Assembly: GCA_000934665.2 (NCBI GenBank)
Contig: KZ538108.1
Span: forward strand, 1-64,000
DNA: 64,000 nucleotides
Reading direction: 5' to 3'
Origin: Catajapyx aquilonaris
Lineage: Eukaryota
Shown: positions 1 through 12,095 of the stretch, in pieces
Layout: the number at the start of each line of letters is the position of its first letter
How positions within the stretch are numbered: position 1 is the stretch's first letter
Notes under the pieces: generated by a model
The model's database searches: none
What the model saw: only the letters and a program-made list of their open reading frames with translations
What the model was told of the DNA's origin: nothing
Program-made: the position numbers and the translations under genes

Positions 1-1577
1 GGGGGCGGAGATGGGGAGGGGGAGAGTGGGGGCGGGGGCGGCCCCGGGGCGACGCAGGGGCAGAGGGAGCGGGCGGCCAGCTCCTCTATCAGCGCCAGGG
101 TCTGCCTGCGCTCGTGGCCCATCAGACACACGGTGGACTCTGCCACCACGGCGTGCAGCACGGACAGGAAGTGGAACCTGAGGGGCGCGTCCTGTCCGGC
201 GAAGTGGTCGTGCAGGTACGTCTCCAGCTTGATGCGTTGCGCCTCGCTGGCAGAGAAGTCGATGAAGAACCGGGAGCACATGTACCGCTCCAGCTGGCGC
301 AGCCTCTGCAACGAAAAAGGGGGTACAATCAGTCAGAAAACAGGCCATAAAGCGAAAGGAAAAAATGTTCCGACTTGGAAACGGGACAGCCGATGTCCCG
401 CCTTGGAGACGGAACATTGGATGTCCCGTCTCCAAGTCGGAACATTGCATATCCCGTCTCCCGGAACATGTTCCGACTTGGAGATGGAACATTGGATGTC
501 CCGTCTCCAAGCCGGAATATCTGTCCCGTCTCCCAGCAACGCGTGTAAAGTGTGGTCGTACCTGTGGCAATGCGGGTCTGAACCCTCGCACTAAGAGCGA
601 GCAGTACTTGAGGAGTCCGCCTCCTCTGATCTGCTCTGGCCGCCTGGTGGCGATCAGCTTCTTATGGAGATGCGCAAGTGCCTCGTGGAAGTCGCCGTAC
701 ACTGATTCGCCCACCACGGTTGGGAAAAGTCGCTCGGAGATCGGAACGTGTGCTCCTGCGCATGCGTAGAAGCTGAGGAGCGAGTCCAGAACGATCTGGA
801 ACGAGTCGACGGAGAACTCGAACTGACGACGCATCACGTCCACGAACTTGAGCTCCACCGAGCGGTGACTGCGAGTCAACTGGTGCTGACCGTTGGTGCC
901 GCCGTTCGACACCGGGGGACGGTGACCCAGGCCCAGGAGTGACCACCTGTCGCCGTCGCTCACCTTCACCAGCTTGCTCACGTACGCCTCCTTCAACGAT
1001 GCCGCTGCCAGACGAGCGCGGGACACCTGTAAACGGAACAACGCTCATTAGCAAATACTGGCGCATCAAGTGCACACTGCGCATCCATACTGCGCATCAA
1101 GTGCACATTGCGCATCCACACTGCGCATCAAGTGCACATTGCGCATCCATTCTGCGCAGATGCGTCAAATGGATGCGCGTTGATGCCCGAGTTGCGGTTT
1201 TTCCGTACCTGAGGCGGCAGGAGAGCCAGTATGGCTGAGAGTACGGCGGTCTTGACCCTGTCAAAGCTCCTGGGCGGGGCGAGGTGCACGGCGAAGATGA
1301 GGTCGAGGTCATTGTATGGCTGCGAACCGCCTGCCAGCACGTGAGAAGCGGCGCCTCCGTTCAACCGTACCTCCCGTACCGGTACGCCAGCAGCTTCGCA
1401 CTCCCTTCGCACCGCAAGTACCAGGTCCCTCAGACGGACCTCGAGCGCAGGGAAGTTCCCCCGGCCCTGGATGCTCACCGCCTCGGTCAGCACCTGGTGC
1501 AGGCGGTGTACCTGCTCGAAGTTAAGCACCGCTCCTCCAGACTCCTCCGGACCAACATTGTCTTCGTCACTGCCCAT
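1..1577 (-). CDS. TENT5: Terminal nucleotidyltransferase 5 (FAM46 family non-canonical poly(A) polymerase), 3' end beyond the window
   Basis: Exons 1577-1209, 1026-562 and 305-<1, joined by phase-0 GT-AG introns. FAM46 motifs are present: [87 protein letters not shown] pyrimidine tract plus CAGCAG acceptor at ~1587-1592 implies an upstream exon. Confidence 0.95.
364..533. repeat. Array of head-to-head ~25-bp units (fold-back repeat) in a TENT5 intron
   Basis: aatgttccgacttggaaacgggaca (364-388) is the reverse complement of tgtcccgtctccaagtcggaacatt (422-446) with 1 mismatch. The pair recurs at ~468-520. Confidence 0.85.
1060..1187. repeat. ~31-bp tandem repeat (x3) with an inverted tail, in a TENT5 intron
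   Basis: The unit ctgcgcatcaagtgcaca(c/t)tgcgcatcca(c/t)a repeats about three times, followed by the inverted tggatgcgcgttgatgc. Confidence 0.85.
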
Positions 1578-4275
1578 CCTCCGAGTCTGCTGCACATAAA
1601 AAGAGAAGAAGGAGAGGAACATTTAAAGAGCGTGAAAAGTGCCCCGACTGACTGAGTCTGGATCAAGTTTCTCCAAGGCCTTCGCGGCACAAGGACGTCG
1701 ACGACACGAAGACATTCCGTGAAGGAAAGCAACCGTGGTACCGTCCATTTGTGTAAGGAGGGAGAGAGAGAGAGCGCCATACCGGACATGATTTTGCAAT
1801 ATTGCGGTCCGGATATGTCACGATTATGTGCGACGTTGTGACGCAATATGTAGCCATATGGAAGCTATTCCTGACACACTTTTCCGACAGCCGGTACACG
1901 GAAAAAGACAATCGATCTGGTTCAATCGGTTCGTATGATCCACACCGTATGCCGCGACACAATTGGGGTTGCCATATGGCAATGCCCCAGTGCATGTCCC
2001 GTGCATTGTCGTCGCCGTACAGTGGTACACCGGCTTACCTGATGAGTCAGCGTTGTCGTTTTCACTGGTTGAACCCAGCCGCGGTTGTCCGCCGGTACGC
2101 TGTCAAAAAACTACGTCGCACCTTATGCGTCCAGTACCGTCCTGTCCGTATGGTGTCTGTCCTGCGAGTGGCGCCGGCGCCTCTATTCTCGCAAAATCAC
2201 CCACCCCCTCGGTACAGTCCACCCCTGACAATAGTGAAAGGGGTTACAAGTCCTGACGTCACAGGGGCCCGGAACCAATCGCGAATCAGCGGCCCGACGA
2301 AGAATCTGGAACGACCTTGCGCGCTAACCATTTTTTGCATTTTCGCAAATTCGCGGGGGTGGCTTTTTAAAAGGAGGGGGGGAACAGAATTGCACAGAAT
2401 GACGTCACTCCACACTGTTGCTTCCTTACTGCTTCATTCATGCCATACCGGGTACCGGTCTACAACCTTTCCCCCCCAAATAATGGCACACCCTGTACTC
2501 TGGGGTTATTTCCTGAACCTTTTTTTCGCTAATCAAGTGAGAGTCAAGGACGGTGCTTGCGTACGTATATGCGGTACCGGGTTTTTGTCTGGTGCACGTG
2601 TGCTGACGAACCTTGGGTTCATGATGAGCCCGGTTTTTAAACTCGTGACATTTTTGTGGCTCTTCTTCCGTCAACATATACGGATTTGTTCACCCCAGCA
2701 ACCGGTCCAACCAGGAAGTCTTTTTTTCATTGTTCGCTCCAGAAAACCTGCAACAATCAGATCGCTTGTTGTCACATGCTCCGACAGCTCATTCACAGTT
2801 GCTGACTCATGTTGGCCCCCTGCCCGTCAATGAACCAAAAATGATGATCCGCACCACTTGATAGATACCGAAAAAAAAAGAAGATAAGATTAGCACAAAC
2901 CCAGTTTTAACTCGTCCCCGACCTGACCTGCCGTCTAATCTCAGCTTCTCGATAATGAATAATAAAAAAAAAAGTGCGATAAGTGCAATCAACTTTTTTG
3001 TCTCCTCCATTATCATGGTTAGTCTCCACTTATTACGCAAATGCAACAATACGGGGGAGCACAGTCATCGCACTCGGAGGGACATTAATGGCGTCGTACT
3101 GGTGGCGCCACGAGACACTGTATGACCACCTTCAATCGATTTATCAAGTGAATGTGGTCATACTGACGATTCGCTCTTTTGCCGGACCAGCACTATAATT
3201 ATGCGGTAATTGCTTTGGTATTGTCGACTTTATTTAGTCAAAATTTGGGCCATATGTGGGTGGGTGGTGTAAGGGACGGCGACCCAGCTGATCGATGCTA
3301 AATATGACGTCAGTGTGGGTGGGCGTCGCTTCCCTGCCCCCCCCCCCCNATATAGTCGTGGGCGTCGGTGGCGTCCTGGACGTCACTGTACCGGCGCATG
3401 GAACCAGTTCGAATCTCATTCAACCGGAGGGGGTGGAACACGAATTCGATCCAGGTTAAGGTGTCCTGCGCGCTGACTGGCTGCCCTTGACCTTTTACCC
3501 ACCCCCCAAAAAAAGCGAAAGGGGGCAAACCCAGGGGCGGCCCCACTACCCTAAACTCAAAAAGTTGCGTCAGGTGTTGAAGCACACATCGCATTTATTA
3601 CATGTGCAGAAAACGTCGCGTTGGCGAAAGTCATGGTCAAGGTCATCATTTGCAGGAAGCTGCATATGCCCAACAAAAAAAAAAGTGTATGGCTGCTATC
3701 TCCATGCCTATGGGGAACTAGATAATACAGAGCTCCACCCATGCAGCATCTGACAGCACCCTGAGGTCAGGGCTTTCCCGGAACTCCGCACCCTCAAAGG
3801 AGCCCCTTATTTTTTTTTTAACGTAGTTGCAAATTGGCATAACCGGCTGTGGGGGGTTTAAAAACCGTGCAAAACTGTTGCAACTTGTTGTAACTATCAA
3901 TGGCGCAACAGTTATCTAAAGAGACGGGACTATAAAAGATCGGATTTCACTATGTCGGGCCCTTATTTTTTTGGCAAAAAAACGCGCAGTGTTTTTCGGC
4001 CTCGGGCAATGGAAGTCCTTTGCCGTGACGTAACTTGGGAGTTGTCCTTGTTAACATATTAATGCAGGCCTCAGGGGGTTGAATATATCCAAGGAGATCG
4101 ATTATCTTTTCTTTCTTTTTTTTTGGCATAGATATGGAGAGAGAAAAAATATATATTAGCATCAGACGGTCGACTGGATTTAAAAGATCACGTCATTTTT
4201 AGACAGGGATTTTTTTAAAAAAGTGCGCTTTAAGCCGGATTTAAAGTTCATGCTGCTAACTTAGTGGGACTTACT

Positions 4276-4461
4276 GGGTCGAATTTTCCGCCCCACTGCT
4301 AGCTGCTGCTAGCTTAGCACTGTTAGCAAATGTTTGGAGATGGTTACTACTAAGTTAGCAGAAACTATAGCAGTGGGAACGCATATTCTACCCAGCGATT
4401 CGTCCAACTGTATGTTACTACTAAGTTAGCAGTGCCTAGCAATGGGATGAAAATTCGACCC
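4276..4461. mobile_element. MITE-like element, family A (most complete copy)
   Basis: Imperfect ~26-bp terminal inverted repeats: gggtcgaattttccgccccactgctag ... ctagcaatgggatgaaaattcgaccc. Internal ctaagttagcag repeats. Related copies lie at ~26150 and ~36208. Confidence 0.7.
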
Positions 4462-7400
4462 CATGTCACCCGGATAATTGTTACGAAATTTTTGCAATTT
4501 TTTTGCATAGACTGATGTGTCACCGGTTGACACGATTTAAAGGGATTGAATCTGCAACAGTTTCTGCCCCGAAAATGCAAATTTTGGAAAAATAACATTG
4601 CGATATTTTTGCGTGGGTGTAATGGGCCTAAAGCCACTGCGCGTAATCTGCACGTAACATGTGACTTTTTTATCCGTCGGCTTAAATGGCATGCGGCGGT
4701 TTTAAAGTTCAAGGGTTGGATTGAACCGCTTTTACGACAGAGATAAACCTGTCCCAAATTACGCATCAAATGAGCCCCCGTACCTTGTGTACCGGTGAGA
4801 GATGGGCCCCTTTTGATGATGGGGTTGATGATGTGAGTGAGTCGGGTGGCGTCGGCGTCGTGGGCGTCGCTTGTTCGTCCGTCTCGTCGTCCTTCTGAAG
4901 GGGGGGTATGGCCGACACAGCACGAGAGAGAGAGACACGCGCACCGGTGTACCGTAGCACCCCCGCAGACAGACGAGTTAGAGTTGAATGCGATGCGAAC
5001 TCGGCCGAGCCTACCGACCCACTGCACCAGCTCGCATATCTTTGCCCACTTCACTCTCTCTCTCTCTCTCTCCCCTTCCCCCCTCTCTCTTTCTATCTCT
5101 CTCTCTCTAACCCCCCCACCAGATACGTCTCTCTACACACACACACACGTACATATGCCGAGTTGCCAGGCGCTTTAAATGCGTGCTACGTGCGATGCTC
5201 CGGTCAGCGGTTCCTAAGCTGACACCATGCTTTGAAGCACGTACTGCTCATGTGTCGATCGTACGACTGTCGGGTGCATCGTACCAACCGATGAATATGC
5301 ACATCGGGCATGTCTACAGCAGAATGGACATGCCCGATGCCCATTCAGTCCAGCACACAAGTTCATGGCATATATTATAATTTGGAGGGGGTGTTTTTAG
5401 GGTGGAGTTCTCTTTCGCAACAATGGGTCCTTGCAGCCGATGATGCTGGCGTGCAAATATGGAAAAGCGAAAAAGCGTGTCCTCTCGAGTCCGGTACCTG
5501 CAATGAGACCAGGTGTGACGCATACCTTACTACCAGAAGAAGAAAAAAAAAATCCTTGAGCAATGGAATATGTAAGAGGCGGCCAACTGTGGAGCGCACA
5601 AAATGAGAGAGAAAATCGCTCATATTATAAGCTCCTCATTTGATTTTTTTATTTTTTGGCAGTGTCCTCGAGCGGGGTCATCTCCGATAGACGTTGCGTA
5701 ATCATACAGTATGGTTGTGTGTGAATGTCGGTATATAACTGCGTTTGGAGGCGATAGTCGGACCGGAAGTGGTGATCAGAACGGAAGTGGCCCCCCAGTG
5801 GGATATCTGGCCGGCAGTTGTAATCTGGGAACAAACCAGCCAGTCGTATATAGTTGGCAAGTCTATAAAAAGGAACTAGAGTCTAGGCACCCCGGCAAAA
5901 ATGCGTCTAATCTTAGCACCTGCAAAAGTGTCCTTCCCAACCACACCATTTTTGCATTCTTCCAATCACTCCTTTGGAATTATACTATGCACCCCAAAAG
6001 TTACATGGTCAACATCAGTAATCGAGTGTCCCTAATTCGTTTGCTGCATTATAAAATTCCCCTCGCCCCCGTAATAACACCGGGGCAATTGCGTGCAATT
6101 GTCTGCCACTAATATTGCCCACTATGCATAAGTTATATGTAAGGACAGGATGAAATAAAAATAAAAATTATTCGCGATAAACAGTGTTGCCAGACTGTTC
6201 GCCCCAGCAAATTATTTTTTTGGCTCCTACAAATTCTTTATTATTTCCATCAGAGTAAGCTACAGGGAGGAACACTGCCCTAGTCTATAAAACCGGTAAT
6301 TTTTTTCACTCCAATTTTTGAATTGTTGCGATTGCTGTGTACCCCTCCATAAAACTGGGGTTGCCAGACCGAACAACACGCAACTCCCTGTTGGATTTGT
6401 TGAACTTGTTGAGTGCACCACCCCGTGTAATGGTACAGTACTCTCTCTCTCTCTCTCTCTCTCTCCCTGCATTACATAGATATGTGGTAATGGTTGCCAT
6501 GAATGCAAGGACAGAGTTGCAGATGAAACTACGTATTTGCTGCACTTTATCGTGAGTTTGAACAATGGCCGTCCAATGGCCTCGTTGACGTCACACACAT
6601 TTTCGTGCCAACTGCCAATAGTTTGCTGGAGTAGAATGACTGTAGGAAAGGACGTGAAATTGAATATGAAATAATATGAAATTATTAAAGCGAGGATGGT
6701 CGTATAAGTACGCCTTCTGTGCTGTGTGTGCAACACCGGTACATACATTTAATATCCTTGAGGGGCGTTTTAGCCGTGGACTGGCAATAAAAAGGGGGAA
6801 AATTACTGCCACCATTAAAATACACGTAGGACATTTAAAAAAAGAAAAGAACCAGGGACTGGTTCCAATAAAATGGCGACACTAAATAAATAAATACCTG
6901 GCAATATATGGGGGGCCAGGCATATTATATTGTCGCCGATCAGAAAATGGACATGTCGCCCAGCAGTTCTGCTGCTCACAGGCGGAAGTCAAACTGACAC
7001 GTACAGGGTGTGCCAAGTTGGGAAATTCCTCGCTCCTTTCCACACTCGAATAGGCCAGAAAAATGGCTTTATTTTTACTGAGAAAAAAAATGTCCAAGGG
7101 GTCAGTGTCACGGATCGTCGACTCCAGCAATCTGACCTGATTGTTACTTCGAGTTGCTGCTGGAGTGGACCCGTGATGTTGTGTTATACAGACATAATCA
7201 TACCTCGACCACGTGCAACTATGCTGCAGCTGGGGTTATGCAGACTATCATTTAGGCGTGGTCCGGCATTATTATGGCAGCCTGTATAACCTGCAAGATC
7301 AGGTACACTCCGATTCAAAACAAAAAGGGCGGACGGAGATTGCAGCTTAAGTATATAGGGAAATGAGCGACGGGCTTTGATGTCGGGTTGGGTCACTGAT

Positions 7401-10400
7401 GACCTCTGACCAATCCATCAGGTTATGATGCCCTTTGTGCCCCCCCTCAAATGTTCCAGAGCATAAAAAGAGGAACCGATTCTCCAAAAGAAGTGTGTAC
7501 GTGCGTTGGAAAATGTGGATCCGGAACGAGGGGCGGGGCCAAGGACATGCTGGCCCCGGGGCTCTTTTTGTGTGCCACTGCACCGTCTTTTTTTTTTCTT
7601 CAAACACTTGTTCTTACTGTTGATGTTGTTGTTGTTGCCCCTCCCATTTTTGAGAGAGTGAAGAAAAAAATGGTTAGTTTTTTTTTTAAATCGACAGCTG
7701 CGTCCGCCCACAAGGATTGATCAGGAGATAGGTGATGACGCAGGGGCCTTTTTTGTTGAGGAAAGATGGCCATATGGTTGGTCGCATATGTGGCACCACT
7801 GGACCACCCTGTAGTAGAGAGAAGTGCGGGGGTGGTAAAACAACAACAACTGGTTGGGGGGGAAAGTCGCGTTCACCGTTTGGATGATCTGAAATGTCAA
7901 AGTGTCGCCGATCAGCCAGGATGGGTTGGAAAGGAATCGGCAAAGTATTTTGCCGAAGGGTACGGTCAACAATGGGGCAGCTTGTTGGTGGCCGGTTGGT
8001 GTTGGGGGGGGGGGGGTGGCCAGAGGAAAAGTCCGGCCTTGGATGTCCTTCGCAAGGCAGCACCGAACTGAATGCCAAACCACGCTCTCCGATTATTTTT
8101 TTGCATCACTTTTTTTTCGCCTTCTTTTGTGCGTGCGAATTATTTTTTTTGGAAGAGTACTCATATTAAGTGCGACCTAATTAGACTCGTCCGCAGGTGT
8201 GTGTCGATTTGGAGCAAAAAAAAAACAATAGGACACACATTTCCTTATTAGTTTTTTTTCGTTCCTAACTTCTTTTTTTTCCGTGTAGGTGTCCGGTAGA
8301 GGTCGCAGGAAGGTCATGGCGTGACACAGTGACGTGTGTGTGCGACAATAGACCGGGAATAGCCCGCCCCTTCTTCCGCCTGGAACACACACACACACGC
8401 ACCCAATCCAACAATGGGAAAACCAAAGTGGGCCAATCACCCAGAAAAATTATGGGTCGACAACAATGCTGCAAACACTTCGGCAACAATGCGTATGGCC
8501 CAACATTTATATAGCACTCCAGCTGTTTTTTATTGTTATTATTATTATAACAAAACTGTTTTCTCCTCCCAAAGGGGTGTCGTCGAGTGCCAGGGCTGGT
8601 AATAAGCTCTGAAGTCGAGTGTATGTTGCTTAATCCGGGCGGATAAGATGGATAGAAAGTGAACTGCGTTGTAATATATCCCGATTCTTTACAACTTCTG
8701 GCTTTTATGTACAGATTGATTACATAAAAAAGGGGGTCGTTATGTAAGGGGGTTTGCACCCGCACTTTTTCGCCTTTTGCGTGTGTGCGTTCGAGGTTTA
8801 TGTCGACGATAGTACCTGCAGAGTGCTGAAGTACGCAACCGATAAGAACGCGTGACTTTGTCAAAGGTCCTTTTGATAAAAGACTCCTTCAGAAGAAGAA
8901 GAAAAAAAAAAGAGAGCCACCCCCCCACCCACCCTGCAGCGCTGAGTGAGACATTTTCATCGAGGGAAAGAGAAAGTGTCTGGGCAGAAAATAGCAAAAG
9001 CATGGGCTGCTGCTATGCGGGCATTTCCGGTTTATATGGTAACTGGGACATGGACTGAGCTGTGTGTTGTATATAATCCCTCTCGTATAATAGTATCCCC
9101 AGCTAAAGCGACACGCATGTTTGCAAAAAATATTTGCAAACTGCGTTCCCGACATTTCTGCCGCGCAGTTTCACAAGAGTGCTCTTTTGCAAAATTGGCA
9201 GCCCGCAATTTGCCAGAGCCGCAGCATAACAATACTAATAAAAAAGGCCACTTGTACTATACGTTTGATGGATATACTAACTGGCGCCCTGATGGATATA
9301 CATACAAGGGAGGCTATAAAATGCGATAAAAGGGATTTTTACGCAACACCCGACAGCCCATAAATACACACAACGTTTGTACTTTCTAGTGAATATTTAT
9401 CGGTTTCTTATTTGAACAGGCTTCTGTCGTGTACAGGTATATACACAGCACACAGCAGACAAGCCGGTCGAGGATGTAATGCTGCTGCTCTGACGCAATC
9501 GAGTGTTCGTTAATCATACCACTGTACACACAGCAGGTGTTACGGTCATACCCACAGTCTGCTGCATGCTTCTGAAAATTATCGATCGAATGTCTCCATA
9601 AGCTAACACCTGACTTTTTGGAGAATGTCACAGGAACCGGTGTGTGACCAGGTGCACATATCATATATAGGAGGAAGTCTCTCAGAGAGTGTATGTGTAC
9701 GTAGGTGTCTGGTGTGTGTCTTTCTATTCGTGTTCCGGTTGGAGGCCGTCCAGTCCGTCGGAGTGAGTGTCCTGAATGCAGCAGACGCCTTAAGAATGCG
9801 GTACATACGGTACCTACAATATCTGATGATGGAGCTACAGGGTGGTTCCCATCTCGTAATATTAATTGCACATTGATGAGTAGGTACGGATAGATAAAAA
9901 TAAAATAAAGAAGATGACCCCATATGTGTGTGTATATAGGAGGGAATTTCCAAGTGCGTAGTTAAGAGGAGGCTGATAATAATGATGAGGTGCTGCTATT
10001 GTGATACCCAAAGATTAGTTTTTCTCTCTCTCTCTATACACAGAAAGTATATAGGTTATATTAATGCGATGCCAGGAATCGAGTCCTTGAGCTGGTCAGT
10101 TGCTTGGCAGCTGGACATTATATTTTCACATGATGAAGTACAGCGAGTTGGCGGTATGATCACAGGAGGCGCCACAATGCAACGTGTGTGTGTGTGTGTG
10201 TGTGCAGCGGATTATATATGATTGAGAAAGACTCTATATATGAATTAATAGAGCGAGGGATATGCGGGGGCAGACCCCGGAAACCATGGAAAAGTGTGTC
10301 GTCGGGGGGGCGTCGTCGGCGGCGGTGCCAGACGCCGATGACGCCATAGTATACGTGATGTCGATCGCTCATACAATGTGGGTGTCACAAAAAGTTTGGT

Positions 10401-11941
10401 GACATACCAAAAAAAAGGCAGGAATTGACGAGTCATCGCGTCTGCAATTTTTATGGCCCCCTGCACATGCATCTCATTAATCGGATCTGTTTTATTAGTG
10501 ATAACATGCGAAATATGTGCATAGAGGATGGTGATCAATGACGTGAATGTCAGAGTGAAGGTTGTACAGTCTGTACGGAACACATGTCCCGTTCAGGTGT
10601 CTTCGTGGCAATAAAATATTGTCGCATGTGTCACGTGCGGCTCGTTTCATCATTTTTATTTCGATACGTGCTTTAGACTATAGTGTTGCATATACGGCTC
10701 ATTGTTGCCGGAAATTCTGAGAAGACAAGAGGATGATGCTGCCCAGCACGGACTGACACGATATCCTCAGCGTATATAATCTAAACCTTACAGCTTGGTA
10801 ATAAGCCCGTTTCCTGTTTGCAGTGCATGTAAATACTGCAATTAGTCCTGCAGTTCCTGGAAGGTGAGATAAACTGATGGAAAATAATAACTTGGTTGCA
10901 TTTTATCCAGTGTGTGAGTTACATCCACGGAGAGGGCTGAGAGTGAAAAATTAGTCGTAATGGAAAGACCCATTTTCGGAGTGATTTATGGTCTCCTCTC
11001 CTTTATTTTTTATTTTCCTCTTCTTTTTTTCGTGGAAAACTGGTTATGTAACTGACAATGCGCACTTGAACGGAACGCGCGTACAGCACTGGTGAGTAAT
11101 GCATATTACTTGCTCTTTTTTTTTTATTGCACCACGGGCCGACATGTGGCTTATTTTTTCCCGCAGGTTATCAGCAAATGTTATGATCTAATCGCACTGG
11201 TGCTGACAGGGTGCACTTGCACTTGTTTAGGGGGAAAAATACGAACTGGCGAATAAGTTATCGCCATTTTTGTTGCATGTGCACTAGTACGTGTTTTGTT
11301 TATGGATTTCACATGTTGCACTACTCTCCCGCGAGTGGATATTTTTTAAGGTGTTATTTTGCTGTGTCACTACCATGCAATGTTTGTGGCTAGCAGTTTG
11401 AAACTGCGACTAACTTTTTGGCGAATATTGGCTTTTTTTTGCTACGTGTTAAAAAAGCAGAATCGCAGATTTAAAACGTGCAGGGATGCACTGACCCAAC
11501 ACGTTACATGTGCACTTATCAAGTAGAAAATCGCAAATTTCTGTCGACGGACGTCGCTATTATTTCGACATTTTCCTCCCCCCCCCCCTCCTCCTACCAG
11601 TCGCGCATCCACTGCAACAATCGGATGTAATTTGACAACCTTGTAGCAGTATTTATGGATCGTAGACTCTCTCTCACCGCATCCCACGCCATCAACAGAC
11701 ATTCCGTATACCTGCACTTGTGTACGCAAAAGATGCTACTTGCAGCCGGATGGGGCGGTAATGGGACATACCGACAAACTTCGCCTTTTATATATGCACA
11801 TTACAGCTTAATCCGGATATAGCAGACTTCAAGGGAACCTGCGGAAATCCGTCTGTTACAGCCGAGGCCATGTGTGGAATAAGTTTGCCGGGACCGTCCT
11901 TTCAAGTCTGTTATAGCCGGATTCAACTGTGTTTTTCCGTT

Positions 11942-12095
11942 GGATGTTTGTCCGACCTGATAGTACCGCTATCTCTCGCACGGTGGCAGGAGTGTGCAGA
12001 GGGAGTATGCGCCATCTGTTACTGAAGAATAGTACTACGTGGAAAATCGGCGGGCCAATGATTGCCGGATTGAAGGTTTTGCCAAATTTCGGCAA
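11942..12095 (+). repeat. Dispersed repeat, family C, copy 1
   Basis: Collinear with 20193-20360: ggatgtttgtcc(g/a)acctgatagta...ggtggcagga(g/a)tgtgcagagggagt...aatagtacta...ggttttgccaa. Confidence 0.85.

Noticed and set aside
364..533. Repeat arrays as a possible CRISPR array
   Set aside because: Eukaryotic intron, inverted units, no unique spacers and no cas genes.
2030..2090. CTGATGAG hammerhead-ribozyme-like core
   Set aside because: No correctly placed GAAA after a stem II and no flanking stems.
1802..2833. 343-aa plus-strand ORF
   Set aside because: Non-ATG start, no recognisable domain and atypical composition. It lies antisense in the region upstream of the TENT5 coding exons and is probably a chance ORF.
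3400..3460. GTTCGAATC tRNA T-loop-like motif
   Set aside because: No cloverleaf or A-box could be built around it.
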